This document shows, in pieces, positions 6,897 to 17,259 of a stretch of DNA of 51,887 nt. The notes beneath the pieces are model-generated. The model saw only the letters and a list, made by a program, of their open reading frames with translations, made no database searches and was not told the DNA's origin. Origin of the DNA: Candidatus Tayloriibacteriota bacterium (GTDB lineage: Bacteria > Patescibacteriota > Minisyncoccia > Phycocordibacterales > PALSA-1337); NCBI GenBank assembly GCA_903839695.1, contig CAIMDI010000017.1:1-51887 (forward strand), given 5' to 3'. Within the stretch, counting starts at the first letter, position 1. Every line of letters starts with the position of its first letter. Position numbers and translations under genes: made by a program.

Positions 6897-9056
6897 ATGA
6901 AATCTAAACAATACACCCTTGAGGTCGGTGGCAAGACTCTCACAGCAGAATTTAATGACTTAGCAGAACAAGCAAATGGCTCTGTTATGCTTCGATACGG
7001 TAATACCATAGTACTTGCTACGGCAGTTATGGGTAAAGAAGAAAAAAAGGGCGATTTTTTTCCATTAACAGTTGATTATGAAGAAAGATTTTATGCTTCT
7101 GGAAAAATTCTTGGTAGCCGTTTTATAAGAAGAGAAGGAAGACCTAGTGATGAAGCTATTCTTTCTGGAAGAATTGTTGATAGAACTATTCGTCCACTTT
7201 TTGAACAACATATTCGTTTTGAAGTACAAGTTGTATTGACTGTGCTTTCTATAGACGAAGATGATCCTGATGTTATTTCAGTTATTGCCGCTTCTCTTGC
7301 TCTAGGAACTTCAAATATCCCTTGGAATGGACCTGCTTCTGCAATACGAATAGCAAAGAATGAAGGATTTCATGTAAATCCAAATTACAAACAACGCGAA
7401 GAAGCCGGCATTTCTTTTGACCTAGTCGCTTGTGGTAAAGACGGACTTATAAATATGATTGAAGTTGGTGGAAAGGAAGTAAGTGAAGATGATGTAAATA
7501 CAGCTTTAGCAAAAGCAAGCGAAGAAATAGAAAAAATACAAAATTGGCAAAACAAAATAATTGCAGAAATTACAAAAGAAAGAAATATTGTAAAAATAAT
7601 AATACCAAAGCCAGAACTAACTCCAGGAACAAAAGAACTTTTTGATACAAATATAAAACCAAAATTAGCAGAATATGTTTTCAGTGGCCCAGGAAAAGAA
7701 AAGATGTCAGAAATAGCCAGTATTTGGACAAAGCTTTTTTCAGAAAAATTACCAGAAGGAAATATTGCTCTTGCACAAGAACTTCTTGACGGCGAGATAA
7801 ATGATTTAATACACAAAGAAGCAATTGAGAATGAAAAACGACCAGATGGCAGAAAGATGGATGAGATAAGAACACTTTTTGTAAAAGCTGGAGGTATTTC
7901 TCCAATACTTCATGGTTCAGGCATATTCTACAGAGGAGCTACGCATGTTATGTCAGTACTTACTCTTGGTGGACCAGGTGATGCCCAAGAAATAGACGGA
8001 ATGGAAGAATCAAAAAAGGGAGGCGAGGGAAAACGCTTTATGCATCATTACAATTTTCCTCCATTCTCAACAGGCGAAACAGGAAGAGTTGGCGGAACAA
8101 ATCGCAGAATGATTGGCCACGGTGCTTTGGCAGAAAAGGCATTGCTTCCTATTATCCCAGCAAAAGAAGTTTTTCCTTACACAATACGTATAGTATCAGA
8201 GGCATTTTCTTCAAATGGCTCTACTTCTATGGGCTCAGTATGTGGATCAACACTTGCACTTATGGACGGAGGAATTCCAATAAAATCACCAGTTGCAGGT
8301 ATAGCCTCAGGACTTATGATGCGTGAAGCGAAGGCAGGAGTGATTGGTAAACTTTTTGGTAAGAAAAATTATGAATACAAAGTCCTAACAGATATTCAAG
8401 GACCGGAAGATCATCATGGAGATATGGATTTTAAAGTTGCTGGAACAAGACAGGGTATTACTGCAATACAAATGGATGTAAAAGTTGATGGTATCCCATT
8501 GGAAATACTAAAAGAGGCATTTGAAAAGGCAAAGATTGCTCGTTTCCAAATTCTTGATCTAATAGAAAAGGAAATTGCTAAACCAAGAGAAAAAATATCT
8601 CCAAATGCACCTGAAATAGTTATTACAGCAGTAAAACAAGATCAAATAGGATTGGTTATTGGTACTGGTGGAAAAACTATAAAAGAAATAAAAGAAAAAA
8701 CTGGTGTAGATGATATTACAATAGAAGATGATGGAACTATATTCATTACAGGTAAAAATGGTACAGCAGAAAAAGCAAAATCAGTCATTTACAATATGAC
8801 ACGTGAGTACAAAGCAGGTGAAAAATTTGATGGTGAAGTAACAAAGATAACAGACTTCGGTGCATTTGTAAGAATTGCTGGATCAACAGAAGGCCTTGTA
8901 CATGTTTCAGAAATAGCAACATTCCGAGTTGATAAAGTTTCTGATTATTTGAAAGAAGGAATGAAAGTTCCAGTTATTATACGTGAAGTAGATGAAAGGG
9001 GTAGATTGAGTTTATCTATTAAACAAATTGATCCAAACTTCATTAAGAAAAAATAA
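6897..9056 (+). CDS. pnp: polyribonucleotide nucleotidyltransferase
   Basis: FFPLTVDYEER, HYNFPPFSTGE, SNGSTSMGS, GDMDFKVAGT; KH and S1 domains. Confidence 0.97.
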   Translation: MKSKQYTLEVGGKTLTAEFNDLAEQANGSVMLRYGNTIVLATAVMGKEEKKGDFFPLTVDYEERFYASGKILGSRFIRREGRPSDEAILSGRIVDRTIRPLFEQHIRFEVQVVLTVLSIDEDDPDVISVIAASLALGTSNIPWNGPASAIRIAKNEGFHVNPNYKQREEAGISFDLVACGKDGLINMIEVGGKEVSEDDVNTALAKASEEIEKIQNWQNKIIAEITKERNIVKIIIPKPELTPGTKELFDTNIKPKLAEYVFSGPGKEKMSEIASIWTKLFSEKLPEGNIALAQELLDGEINDLIHKEAIENEKRPDGRKMDEIRTLFVKAGGISPILHGSGIFYRGATHVMSVLTLGGPGDAQEIDGMEESKKGGEGKRFMHHYNFPPFSTGETGRVGGTNRRMIGHGALAEKALLPIIPAKEVFPYTIRIVSEAFSSNGSTSMGSVCGSTLALMDGGIPIKSPVAGIASGLMMREAKAGVIGKLFGKKNYEYKVLTDIQGPEDHHGDMDFKVAGTRQGITAIQMDVKVDGIPLEILKEAFEKAKIARFQILDLIEKEIAKPREKISPNAPEIVITAVKQDQIGLVIGTGGKTIKEIKEKTGVDDITIEDDGTIFITGKNGTAEKAKSVIYNMTREYKAGEKFDGEVTKITDFGAFVRIAGSTEGLVHVSEIATFRVDKVSDYLKEGMKVPVIIREVDERGRLSLSIKQIDPNFIKKK

Positions 9057-9088
9057 ATAAAAAGTTGTAGTGTTGTGTTATAATAATT

Positions 9089-10156
9089 ATGATGAACGAA
9101 GAAAAACCAACTCTACAGAGCGTTTTGGCTCCGAATTTAGATGTAGGCTCACCAGTACCCGGAGCGCATCCATTGCACATGCTTGATAATCAAGCTGATC
9201 CTCAGACAAAACCTAAAATAGTATTACAAAAACCAATTCGCACCTATGAAAGCGATATGGCTGAATTGTTGGCAAAAAAGAATGTATCTGTGACTACTAT
9301 GGCCATTGCTGAACAACAAAAGAGAGTTGTAAATATACCAGCGACAAACACAACCCCAAGTGCCACCAAAAATTATTCTGAAGATGATGTACCAAAAGGA
9401 AACTTTAGTAAAAAACTCTTTATGTTTATATTGAGTCTCATTTTTATTATAAGTGGAATAGGTGGGGGTTATTATCTTTATTTAAAAAGTCCTTTGGCAA
9501 TAGTAGTTCCTGATGTACCTGTAGAGAAATTTTCAGGATTATTAAAAGCTAATTCTCAAAAATCTATACCCATAGGTAGTCTTAGAAATGACTTATTGGC
9601 AAACAAAATACAAGTAGCCATGACAACCAATTCTTCAAGTCAACAAAAAATATCAGAATTTGTACTTACAGATAATCAAGGATCCACAACAATAAAATTA
9701 TCTTCTTCTAAATTTATTGAAGTAATGGGCTATAGTTCACAAGATATGTTCAATAGATCACTATTGGATAGCTGGATGCTTGGTACTTATGCCGAAAATG
9801 AAATAAAAACTCCTTTTATTATTCTTAAAACTGATTTTTTCCAAAATGCTTTCGCAGGAATATTAAGATGGGAGCAAGCAATGCCTGACGAATTGGCAAC
9901 ACTTTTAAATTATAAAGAAAAAATACGTCAATTAAGTAGTACTGGTACTAGCAGCGTAACTTCATATTTCTCAGTTAAAGGTAAATTTGAGGATAGGGTA
10001 ATACTCAATCGAGATGTGAGGGAATTTATAACAGAAAATAGAACAACATTACTTGTTTATTCATTTGTGGACAAAGATACTATAGTTATTACAACATCAG
10101 AAAGCATTTTAAAAAGTCTTATTTTAGAGCTTGAAAAACAAACCTATATAAGATAG
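9089..10156 (+). CDS. hypothetical single-pass membrane protein
   Basis: 355-aa ORF, one TM helix around residues 110-132, IRTYESD motif in the N-terminal part. Confidence 0.75.
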   Translation: MMNEEKPTLQSVLAPNLDVGSPVPGAHPLHMLDNQADPQTKPKIVLQKPIRTYESDMAELLAKKNVSVTTMAIAEQQKRVVNIPATNTTPSATKNYSEDDVPKGNFSKKLFMFILSLIFIISGIGGGYYLYLKSPLAIVVPDVPVEKFSGLLKANSQKSIPIGSLRNDLLANKIQVAMTTNSSSQQKISEFVLTDNQGSTTIKLSSSKFIEVMGYSSQDMFNRSLLDSWMLGTYAENEIKTPFIILKTDFFQNAFAGILRWEQAMPDELATLLNYKEKIRQLSSTGTSSVTSYFSVKGKFEDRVILNRDVREFITENRTTLLVYSFVDKDTIVITTSESILKSLILELEKQTYIR

Positions 10157-10166
10157 AATTACGTAT

Positions 10167-10538
10167 ATGAATAAAACTGATTTACTACATTTTAAGGAGA
10201 AGCTAAACAAAGAAAAAACTTTATTGGAAGAAGAGTTAAGTACTGTAAGCCGTGTTAATCCCAGTAATGCAAATGATTGGGAGGCAACAACAACAGACAT
10301 TGAAGTTGATTCTGCGGATGAAAATGAGGTTGCAGACAAAATGGAGGAACTAGATGAAAATAAAGCTATTCTAGATCAATTAGAACCACAATTAAACGAG
10401 GTTAGGGCAGCATTAGAAAGAATAGAAGCAGGAACTTACGGTATTTGTGAAGCTCACGGTGAACACATAGAAAAAGAAAGGCTTGAAGCAAATCCCTCTG
10501 CAAGAACTTGTATGGCTCATATGAACACAAAAAAATAG
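10167..10538 (+). CDS. TraR/DksA-family transcription factor
   Basis: Coiled coil with acidic tip; ALERIEAGTYGIC...ERLEANPSARTC. Confidence 0.88.
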   Translation: MNKTDLLHFKEKLNKEKTLLEEELSTVSRVNPSNANDWEATTTDIEVDSADENEVADKMEELDENKAILDQLEPQLNEVRAALERIEAGTYGICEAHGEHIEKERLEANPSARTCMAHMNTKK

Positions 10539-10553
10539 GCTTAGCCTATTTTT
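10531..10553 (+). terminator. intrinsic terminator
   Basis: AAAAATAGGC-TTA-GCCTATTTTT hairpin with T-run. Confidence 0.7.
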
Positions 10554-10655
10554 TCTTTATGGACTTTTATTAGATATTATTTTCTAATGCAAATCTTTAT
10601 CATTTCTTAAGTTTCTCTTTAGAACTTCTTAATAACTTTATTATAAATTGTGCAT

Positions 10656-12185
10656 ATGAGTATATCAAAAACTTATAGCGCACAACTTTCAGGTTTACAA
10701 ACTAATATTATTAATATCGAGGTAGATTTATCAAATGGTTTACACGCCTTTGCGATTATTGGATTGGGTGACAAAGCCGTTGAGGAATCGAGGGACAGAA
10801 TATCAGCAGCAATAAAAAACACCGGCTACACATCACCAAAACAAAAAAATCAAAAAGTTGTTATCTCTCTTGCTCCTGCTGATATAAGAAAAGAAGGTCC
10901 ATCTTTTGATTTAGGTATGGCTCTTGCATATTTGAGTGCTAGCGGGGACATATTTTTCAATCCTGATGGGAAAATTTTTCTTGGTGAATTATCTTTAGAG
11001 GGAAATATAAGAAAAATCAGTGGTGTATTACCATTGGTGAACGGTGCGCACAAACATGGTTTCAAAGAAATATTTATACCAAAGGAAAATGCCGAGGAAG
11101 CTGCTTTGGTCAGTGGAATTAAAATATATCCAGTGAGTACATTAGATGAAATAATAAGCCATTTAATATCAAAAAACGGCTATAAAATAAAAACGCAAAA
11201 AAGGACAAAAATAAAATTTGATAATTATAAATTTGATATTGATTTCAATAATGTACACGGTCAAGAAACAGCAAAAAGGGCACTCGAAATAGCCGCAGCG
11301 GGTGGCCATAACATAGCAATGTACGGTCCACCTGGTACTGGCAAAACAATGTTAGCAAAAGCATTTCAAACAATTCTCACACCACTAGACAAAGATGAAA
11401 TCCTTGAAGTCACCAGTATTCACTCTATTGCCAAAATTTTAGAAAAACCATTTATTACGAAACCTCCATTTAGATCTCCTCATCACACATCTTCTTATGC
11501 TTCCCTTATCGGAGGTGGGCCTTTTCCAAAACCTGGGGAAGTTACTTTAGCTCACAAAGGGGTTCTTTTTCTTGACGAATTTCCAGAGTTTGATAGAAAA
11601 GTCATTGAGTCTTTGCGCCAACCATTAGAAGACCGTTCGGTTACTATTTCCAGAGCAAGAGGAACACTGAGTTTTCCGGCTCATTGCATTCTTATTGCCT
11701 CAATGAATCCGTGCCCATGTGGTTATGGAAAGGGTAATAAATGTAAATGCACAAACTATGACATCAACAATTATAAAAAACGTATTTCTGGACCAATAGT
11801 TGATAGAATTGATATTTGGGTATCAGTATCAAAAATTGAATATGCAAAATTAGCAGAAAAATCATCTTCAAATGAAAGCTCGGAAGATATAAGGAAAAGG
11901 GTATTTGAAGCACAGAAAACACAGAAAAAACGTTTCTTAAACAATAAAATAGTAAATAAAAAATATAATAGCGAAATGACTGTTTCAAATATAGAAAAAT
12001 TAATAAAACTAGATAAAGAAGTTAGTGAATTATTGGCAAAATCTTCGGAAACATTAGGATTATCAGCAAGGGCGTATCACAAAATAATAAAATTATCACG
12101 AACAATTGCAGATTTAGATAAATCAACAAATATAAAAACCAATCATTTACTTGAAGCTATTCAATATAGACAGAGAGATCTTTAA
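10656..12185 (+). CDS. comM: YifB/ComM family Mg-chelatase-like AAA+ ATPase
   Basis: LAPADIRKEG, GPPGTGKT, PFRSPHH, LFLDEFPEF, MNPCPCG motifs. Confidence 0.92.
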   Translation: MSISKTYSAQLSGLQTNIINIEVDLSNGLHAFAIIGLGDKAVEESRDRISAAIKNTGYTSPKQKNQKVVISLAPADIRKEGPSFDLGMALAYLSASGDIFFNPDGKIFLGELSLEGNIRKISGVLPLVNGAHKHGFKEIFIPKENAEEAALVSGIKIYPVSTLDEIISHLISKNGYKIKTQKRTKIKFDNYKFDIDFNNVHGQETAKRALEIAAAGGHNIAMYGPPGTGKTMLAKAFQTILTPLDKDEILEVTSIHSIAKILEKPFITKPPFRSPHHTSSYASLIGGGPFPKPGEVTLAHKGVLFLDEFPEFDRKVIESLRQPLEDRSVTISRARGTLSFPAHCILIASMNPCPCGYGKGNKCKCTNYDINNYKKRISGPIVDRIDIWVSVSKIEYAKLAEKSSSNESSEDIRKRVFEAQKTQKKRFLNNKIVNKKYNSEMTVSNIEKLIKLDKEVSELLAKSSETLGLSARAYHKIIKLSRTIADLDKSTNIKTNHLLEAIQYRQRDL

Positions 12186-12187
12186 AA

Positions 12188-13279
12188 CTAGAGAGGATTT
12201 TTTGCTCCTCTAAATTCTATATGTAGATGTGGACCTGTAGAATTACCAGTTGATCCGCTTTTAGCTATCATTTGTCCTTGTTCTACATGATCTCCAACAC
12301 TAACAAAGTTCTTTTGTGTATGAGCGTATAATGTTTGTGAACCATTTGGATGAGAAATAATAACATAACTACCATATCCTCCGTGCCATCCACCCATTAC
12401 ACTGGCAATTACAGTACCTTCTGCCACAGCGTGTATTGGTGTTCCCAATGGAACAGCTATATCTACTGCATTATAACCATGTAAACCTTGTGATTTATAG
12501 CCACCATCTACAGGACGAATATAATAACCAGGATAATATGGTCCATCTGTACCGTGCAGGGAAGGATTTATTGGAATCTTTTTCATAGAAAAGAGGCCTG
12601 TTGTCTGAATGGAAACTGGTTCTGCATCTGGTATTACTATAATATCTCCAACTTTTAGATTAGAAGATAGGCTAAGATCGTTAAACTGCAATACTTCATT
12701 TAAATCAGTTTTATATCTAGTAACTATGTTTTTTATGGTATCACCCTTCTTAACAGTGTATTTTACGCCTGAAATAGGCAATATAATCAATTTTTGACCC
12801 TCAACTAACGGTGCGCCATTTGATAAATCATTGGCCCATTCAATAGTATTTACACTAACCTTAAACATATTAGCGATTTTTGATAATGTGTCGCCATTAT
12901 GTACTATGTATAAACTAATCTGAGTATTTGTTGATTCTTTATCAACATCAGTAGGAGTTCCATATGGTCCGATTTCTGCAATCAAGGCATTTCCAGAAAC
13001 CAAAGGAGTTTCGTCTGAAACCTTATTTGGGGTTGGATCTGTATTTGTGACTGCCTGTAAGACAAGCATGTTTTGAGAATTTATAGATGAAGTATCATCT
13101 GGAACCTTAGCTGATACATTGTCAGTTGTTGCTCCCGCTAAAAATGAAAAAAAGCCCGCATGCGTAGTGTTTGGGCTCAATAAACTTATATAAGTAATGG
13201 CAAGAGAAATAACAATTCCTTTATAAATCGGGGTAAAAAAGATAGTTAACTTTTTATTTTTTTCTGATATAAATTGCAT
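12188..13279 (-). CDS. LysM-domain M23 family peptidase
   Basis: Signal/TM segment, two LysM repeats, HGYNAVD, YAH, STGPHLHIE. Confidence 0.92.
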   Translation of the reverse strand: MQFISEKNKKLTIFFTPIYKGIVISLAITYISLLSPNTTHAGFFSFLAGATTDNVSAKVPDDTSSINSQNMLVLQAVTNTDPTPNKVSDETPLVSGNALIAEIGPYGTPTDVDKESTNTQISLYIVHNGDTLSKIANMFKVSVNTIEWANDLSNGAPLVEGQKLIILPISGVKYTVKKGDTIKNIVTRYKTDLNEVLQFNDLSLSSNLKVGDIIVIPDAEPVSIQTTGLFSMKKIPINPSLHGTDGPYYPGYYIRPVDGGYKSQGLHGYNAVDIAVPLGTPIHAVAEGTVIASVMGGWHGGYGSYVIISHPNGSQTLYAHTQKNFVSVGDHVEQGQMIAKSGSTGNSTGPHLHIEFRGAKNPL

Positions 13280-13557
13280 AAGATAAATAGTCTTTCGTCA
13301 ATATCTGCAATGTATCTTTTACGATACTTTCTGTCTATCTGTAATATCAGTAAATGGCTTTGTAGAGCCACCTTTGTACATATATTTAATAGGTACCTAT
13401 ATAGCGTACGTGACATGATATTTAAAGTCAATAGGTATTGTGGATAGACTGTTTACAACGATAATTATGAGATTTTGTCAAATTTTGATTTGAATGAGCT
13501 AAAAAAAAGTTGCATAATATTTTTAAATAATTAGCTCATACGTGCTATAGTGATGAC

Positions 13558-15501
13558 ATGTCATTAGACAATTTAAATCAAAGACAAAAAGAGGCGGTGG
13601 AGACCCTAAAAGGACCTCTACTTATAATTGCTGGTGCTGGTGCAGGGAAGACAAACACAGTAACTCACAGAATCCTTAACCTCATCAAAACAGGAATTCA
13701 ACCATCAAAAATTCTTGCTATTACTTTTACAAATAAAGCCGCGAAGGAAATGCGTGAGCGTGTTTTTGATATGATCGAGCAAGACAAAAGCTTAAACATA
13801 CCGATTTCCTTTTCAGAAAGACCATTTATAAGCACTTTTCATGCTATGGGTGTGCATATTATTAAGGAAAATAGCGCCATATTGGGAATTCCAAGGCATT
13901 TCACCATATATGACAGATCCGATTCTAAAAGGGCAGTAAAAGATGCATTGGAGGAAATAGGGCTGGATCCAAAACAACATGATCCCGGGGCTATTTTAAA
14001 TGCCATTTCAAGAGAAAAGGGTGATGGAGTTACACTTTCGGAATACAAAAGTAGAAATCTAAAGGCATTTTTTCAAAAAAATATTGCTCAAGTTTGGGAA
14101 AAGTATGAAATAACCTTAAATAAAGAGAAATCTTTAGATTTTGATGATTTATTGCTTAAAACAGCTACATTACTCAGAGAAAATGAAATTGTAAGAAATC
14201 ACTATCAAAAAATATGGGAATATATTCATGTTGATGAATATCAAGATACAAACAATGTACAATACGAAATCGTAAAACTACTAGGCGGACACAATAATGT
14301 TTGTGTTGTGGGTGATGGTGATCAAAATATTTACAGTTTTCGTGGTGCTAGTGTAAAAAATATTTTAGACTTTGAAAAAGATTTTGCTAATGCAAAGGTA
14401 ATTACACTTGAGGAAAATTATCGCTCAACGCAAACAATACTTACTGCCGCAAACAATGTAATAAAGAAAAATACCATGCGCAGAGACAAGAATTTATTTA
14501 CAAAAAATGAAGAGGGAGAGAAAATTGAATTACTAATTTCATATACAGAACAAGAAGAGGCGAGAGTGGTAGCTGACAATGCTAGAGAATTAATAGAAGG
14601 TGGTGCAGATCCGAAAGAGATTGCAGTTTTGTACAGAGCAAATTTTCAATCACGTACTTTAGAGGAGGCATTCTTAAATAAAAATGTTCCTTATCAAGTT
14701 TTGGGAGTACGATTTTTTGAAAGAAAAGAAGTTAAAGATATATTATCTTTTATAAAAGCATCTCTAAATAGAGATAGTACAAATGACCTCGTAAGAATAG
14801 TAAATGTACCTCCGAGAGGTATTGGAAAAGCGACTATATTAAAAGTAATTACCAAACAAGAAAATACTTTAGGTCCATCTCTAAAAAATAAAGTAATGGA
14901 GTTTTTGAATTTACTTGATGGTATAAAAAACATTGCCATAAATCAAAAACCTTCCCAATTAATCAAATATATTATAAGAGAAACTGGTATAGAAAATGCA
15001 TACAGAAATGGTACGGCAGAAGAGCAAGAAAAGCTTGAAAACCTTAGGGAATTGGTCACTGTTGCATCACAATACGATTCACTTCCACCAGAAGAAGCAA
15101 TAGAAAAATTACTCGAAAATGCTGCACTAGCAACTGATCAAGATGAAATGGAAAAAGACAATAATGCTGTAAGACTTATGACAGTACACGCTTCAAAGGG
15201 TTTGGAATTCAACTATGTATTTATTGTTGGACTTGAAGAAGATTTATTTCCTCATCAACGCTTGGGAAAAGAAGAAATAAGTCAAAGTGAAGCCGAAGAA
15301 GAGCGTAGACTTTTTTATGTTGCATTGACACGCGCAAGAAAAAAAGTATTTTTAAGCTATGCACAATTACGAACAATTTATGGAGCTCAAAAAGTAAATA
15401 CTCCATCAAATTTTATTTCCGACATAGGAGATGAGTATATAAATTCAATTGGTGATGTTGAAGCTCCTAGAGGAATGAAAGCTATTTTTATTGATTTTTA
15501 A
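13558..15501 (+). CDS. pcrA: UvrD/PcrA-family ATP-dependent DNA helicase
   Basis: AGAGAGKT, TFTNKAA, VDEYQD, NYRST, TVHASKGLEF, EERRLFYVALTRA. Confidence 0.93.
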   Translation: MSLDNLNQRQKEAVETLKGPLLIIAGAGAGKTNTVTHRILNLIKTGIQPSKILAITFTNKAAKEMRERVFDMIEQDKSLNIPISFSERPFISTFHAMGVHIIKENSAILGIPRHFTIYDRSDSKRAVKDALEEIGLDPKQHDPGAILNAISREKGDGVTLSEYKSRNLKAFFQKNIAQVWEKYEITLNKEKSLDFDDLLLKTATLLRENEIVRNHYQKIWEYIHVDEYQDTNNVQYEIVKLLGGHNNVCVVGDGDQNIYSFRGASVKNILDFEKDFANAKVITLEENYRSTQTILTAANNVIKKNTMRRDKNLFTKNEEGEKIELLISYTEQEEARVVADNARELIEGGADPKEIAVLYRANFQSRTLEEAFLNKNVPYQVLGVRFFERKEVKDILSFIKASLNRDSTNDLVRIVNVPPRGIGKATILKVITKQENTLGPSLKNKVMEFLNLLDGIKNIAINQKPSQLIKYIIRETGIENAYRNGTAEEQEKLENLRELVTVASQYDSLPPEEAIEKLLENAALATDQDEMEKDNNAVRLMTVHASKGLEFNYVFIVGLEEDLFPHQRLGKEEISQSEAEEERRLFYVALTRARKKVFLSYAQLRTIYGAQKVNTPSNFISDIGDEYINSIGDVEAPRGMKAIFIDF

Positions 15502-15511
15502 AAAAAATATT

Positions 15512-16354
15512 ATGAATAATTTTATAGAAGAAGATAACACAACAGAAGAAAATAATTTCCCAGAAAATAAAAACTTTGTTGCCAAAAAATCATTAGGGCA
15601 AAATTTTTTACATGCACCAAATGTAATTTCTGCAATGGTTCATGCTGGAAAAGTATCTGCTGAAAGCACTGTGTTGGAAGTTGGTCCGGGGAAGGGTGCA
15701 TTAACTATAAAATTATTAGAAACTGGTGCAAAAGTCATTGCTATAGAAAAAGACGATAGAGCAATTCCATTTTTACAAGAAAAATTTGCAAATGAAATAA
15801 AAGAGGGTAAATTGAAGCTAATTCATGATGATGTTTTAAAATTTAATGAACAAAATTTAGCAAATTACATACTAATTGCAAATATTCCGTATTATATTAC
15901 CGGTGAATTCATCAGAAAATTCCTAGAAACCAAGAATCCACCGCTAAGAATGGTTATTATGCTTCAAAAAGAGGTTGCGAAGAGAATAACCGACAAAAAA
16001 GAGAGTATTTTGTCATTATCTGTAAAGGCCTATGGTGAACCAAAATATTTAGTAACAGTACCCAGAAAATTCTTTAGACCCATGCCAAATGTCGATTCTG
16101 CAGTGTTAATTATAGAAAATATATCCAAAAGATTCTTTGAGGATTCAAGAATAGATGAAAAATACTATTTTGAACTAATAAAAACAGCTTTTTCGCATAA
16201 AAGAAAGGTTGTAATAAAAAATCTTGAGACCAAAATTACCAAAGAAGCACTTACGGCCATCTGGGAAAAGGAAAAAATATCAAGAAATACTAGGGCAGAG
16301 GACTTATCCCCTGAAATGTGGAAAAAAATCATAGGAAATATATTAATTAGCTGA
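15512..16354 (+). CDS. rsmA: 16S rRNA m6,2A dimethyltransferase
   Basis: AKKSLGQNFL, LEVGPGKGALT, ANIPYYIT. Confidence 0.95.
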   Translation: MNNFIEEDNTTEENNFPENKNFVAKKSLGQNFLHAPNVISAMVHAGKVSAESTVLEVGPGKGALTIKLLETGAKVIAIEKDDRAIPFLQEKFANEIKEGKLKLIHDDVLKFNEQNLANYILIANIPYYITGEFIRKFLETKNPPLRMVIMLQKEVAKRITDKKESILSLSVKAYGEPKYLVTVPRKFFRPMPNVDSAVLIIENISKRFFEDSRIDEKYYFELIKTAFSHKRKVVIKNLETKITKEALTAIWEKEKISRNTRAEDLSPEMWKKIIGNILIS

Positions 16355-16386
16355 TATAATTTCATCAGTATTTTTAATACTGCCCT

Positions 16387-17259
16387 GTGAAGTATCCAAA
16401 CACAAAAAATGTGTTCATGATTCTTATCTCAATCATCCTAGTGGGTGGTGCTTTCTTATTTGCTGAGTACAGAAATAAAAATGGCAAGGAAGTATATATA
16501 AAAAATGATGTTTCACTAGAAAAGACCTCAACATCAAGCTTAAAATACTCTGATAATAATACTGATTGGAAAAAAGTTCTATTAACAAACGAAATGTTCG
16601 GTTCAACTACCATAACCGACCTAACAAAAAAAGCGGAGAAATTAGAACAAATCGACTCTGTTAGTAGGCAATTTTTTGCTCAATACATGGAGTTAAGACA
16701 AATGGGTAATTCTGGTGTCAAATTAAGCCAACAAGAACTTATAGATAAAACTATTGGAAATATAACTTTTTCAAGCCCAGTAGACTATACTTTAAATAAA
16801 ATTGTTACAAAAAAAGATTCCACCTTTGACTCCATAAAGAAATATGGTAACGATGTTGGAGACATATTTAATAAATATTCAGTAAAATCTAGAAATGAAG
16901 GCGTTATTGTCAGAGATTATCAATTAAAAGATGACGAGAGCGTTCTAAATGAGCTTGATCCTATTATTAAAAGTTACAAAAATATAATTAATGCCTTATT
17001 AAAATTGGAAACGCCTTTAGAATTAAATAAAATTCATCTTGATATAATAAACTCCACAAATAAATGTCTTTTTATTGCTGAATTATTTAAAAAAGCTGCG
17101 GTAGATCCATTATCAGGATTACAAGCAGCTTCTCAATATAAAACTGTATCTTCCGGCCTTTTTTCATCAGTTGTTGCGCTTAAAACATATCTATTATCAC
17201 AAAATATTAAATATCTTCCGAATGAAGGGGGTTATATATTTACAAAACAACAAATATGA
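16387..17259 (+). CDS. hypothetical membrane-anchored protein, first gene of the T4SS-like operon
   Basis: N-terminal TM helix; ATGA overlap with the next gene. Confidence 0.75.
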   Translation: MKYPNTKNVFMILISIILVGGAFLFAEYRNKNGKEVYIKNDVSLEKTSTSSLKYSDNNTDWKKVLLTNEMFGSTTITDLTKKAEKLEQIDSVSRQFFAQYMELRQMGNSGVKLSQQELIDKTIGNITFSSPVDYTLNKIVTKKDSTFDSIKKYGNDVGDIFNKYSVKSRNEGVIVRDYQLKDDESVLNELDPIIKSYKNIINALLKLETPLELNKIHLDIINSTNKCLFIAELFKKAAVDPLSGLQAASQYKTVSSGLFSSVVALKTYLLSQNIKYLPNEGGYIFTKQQI

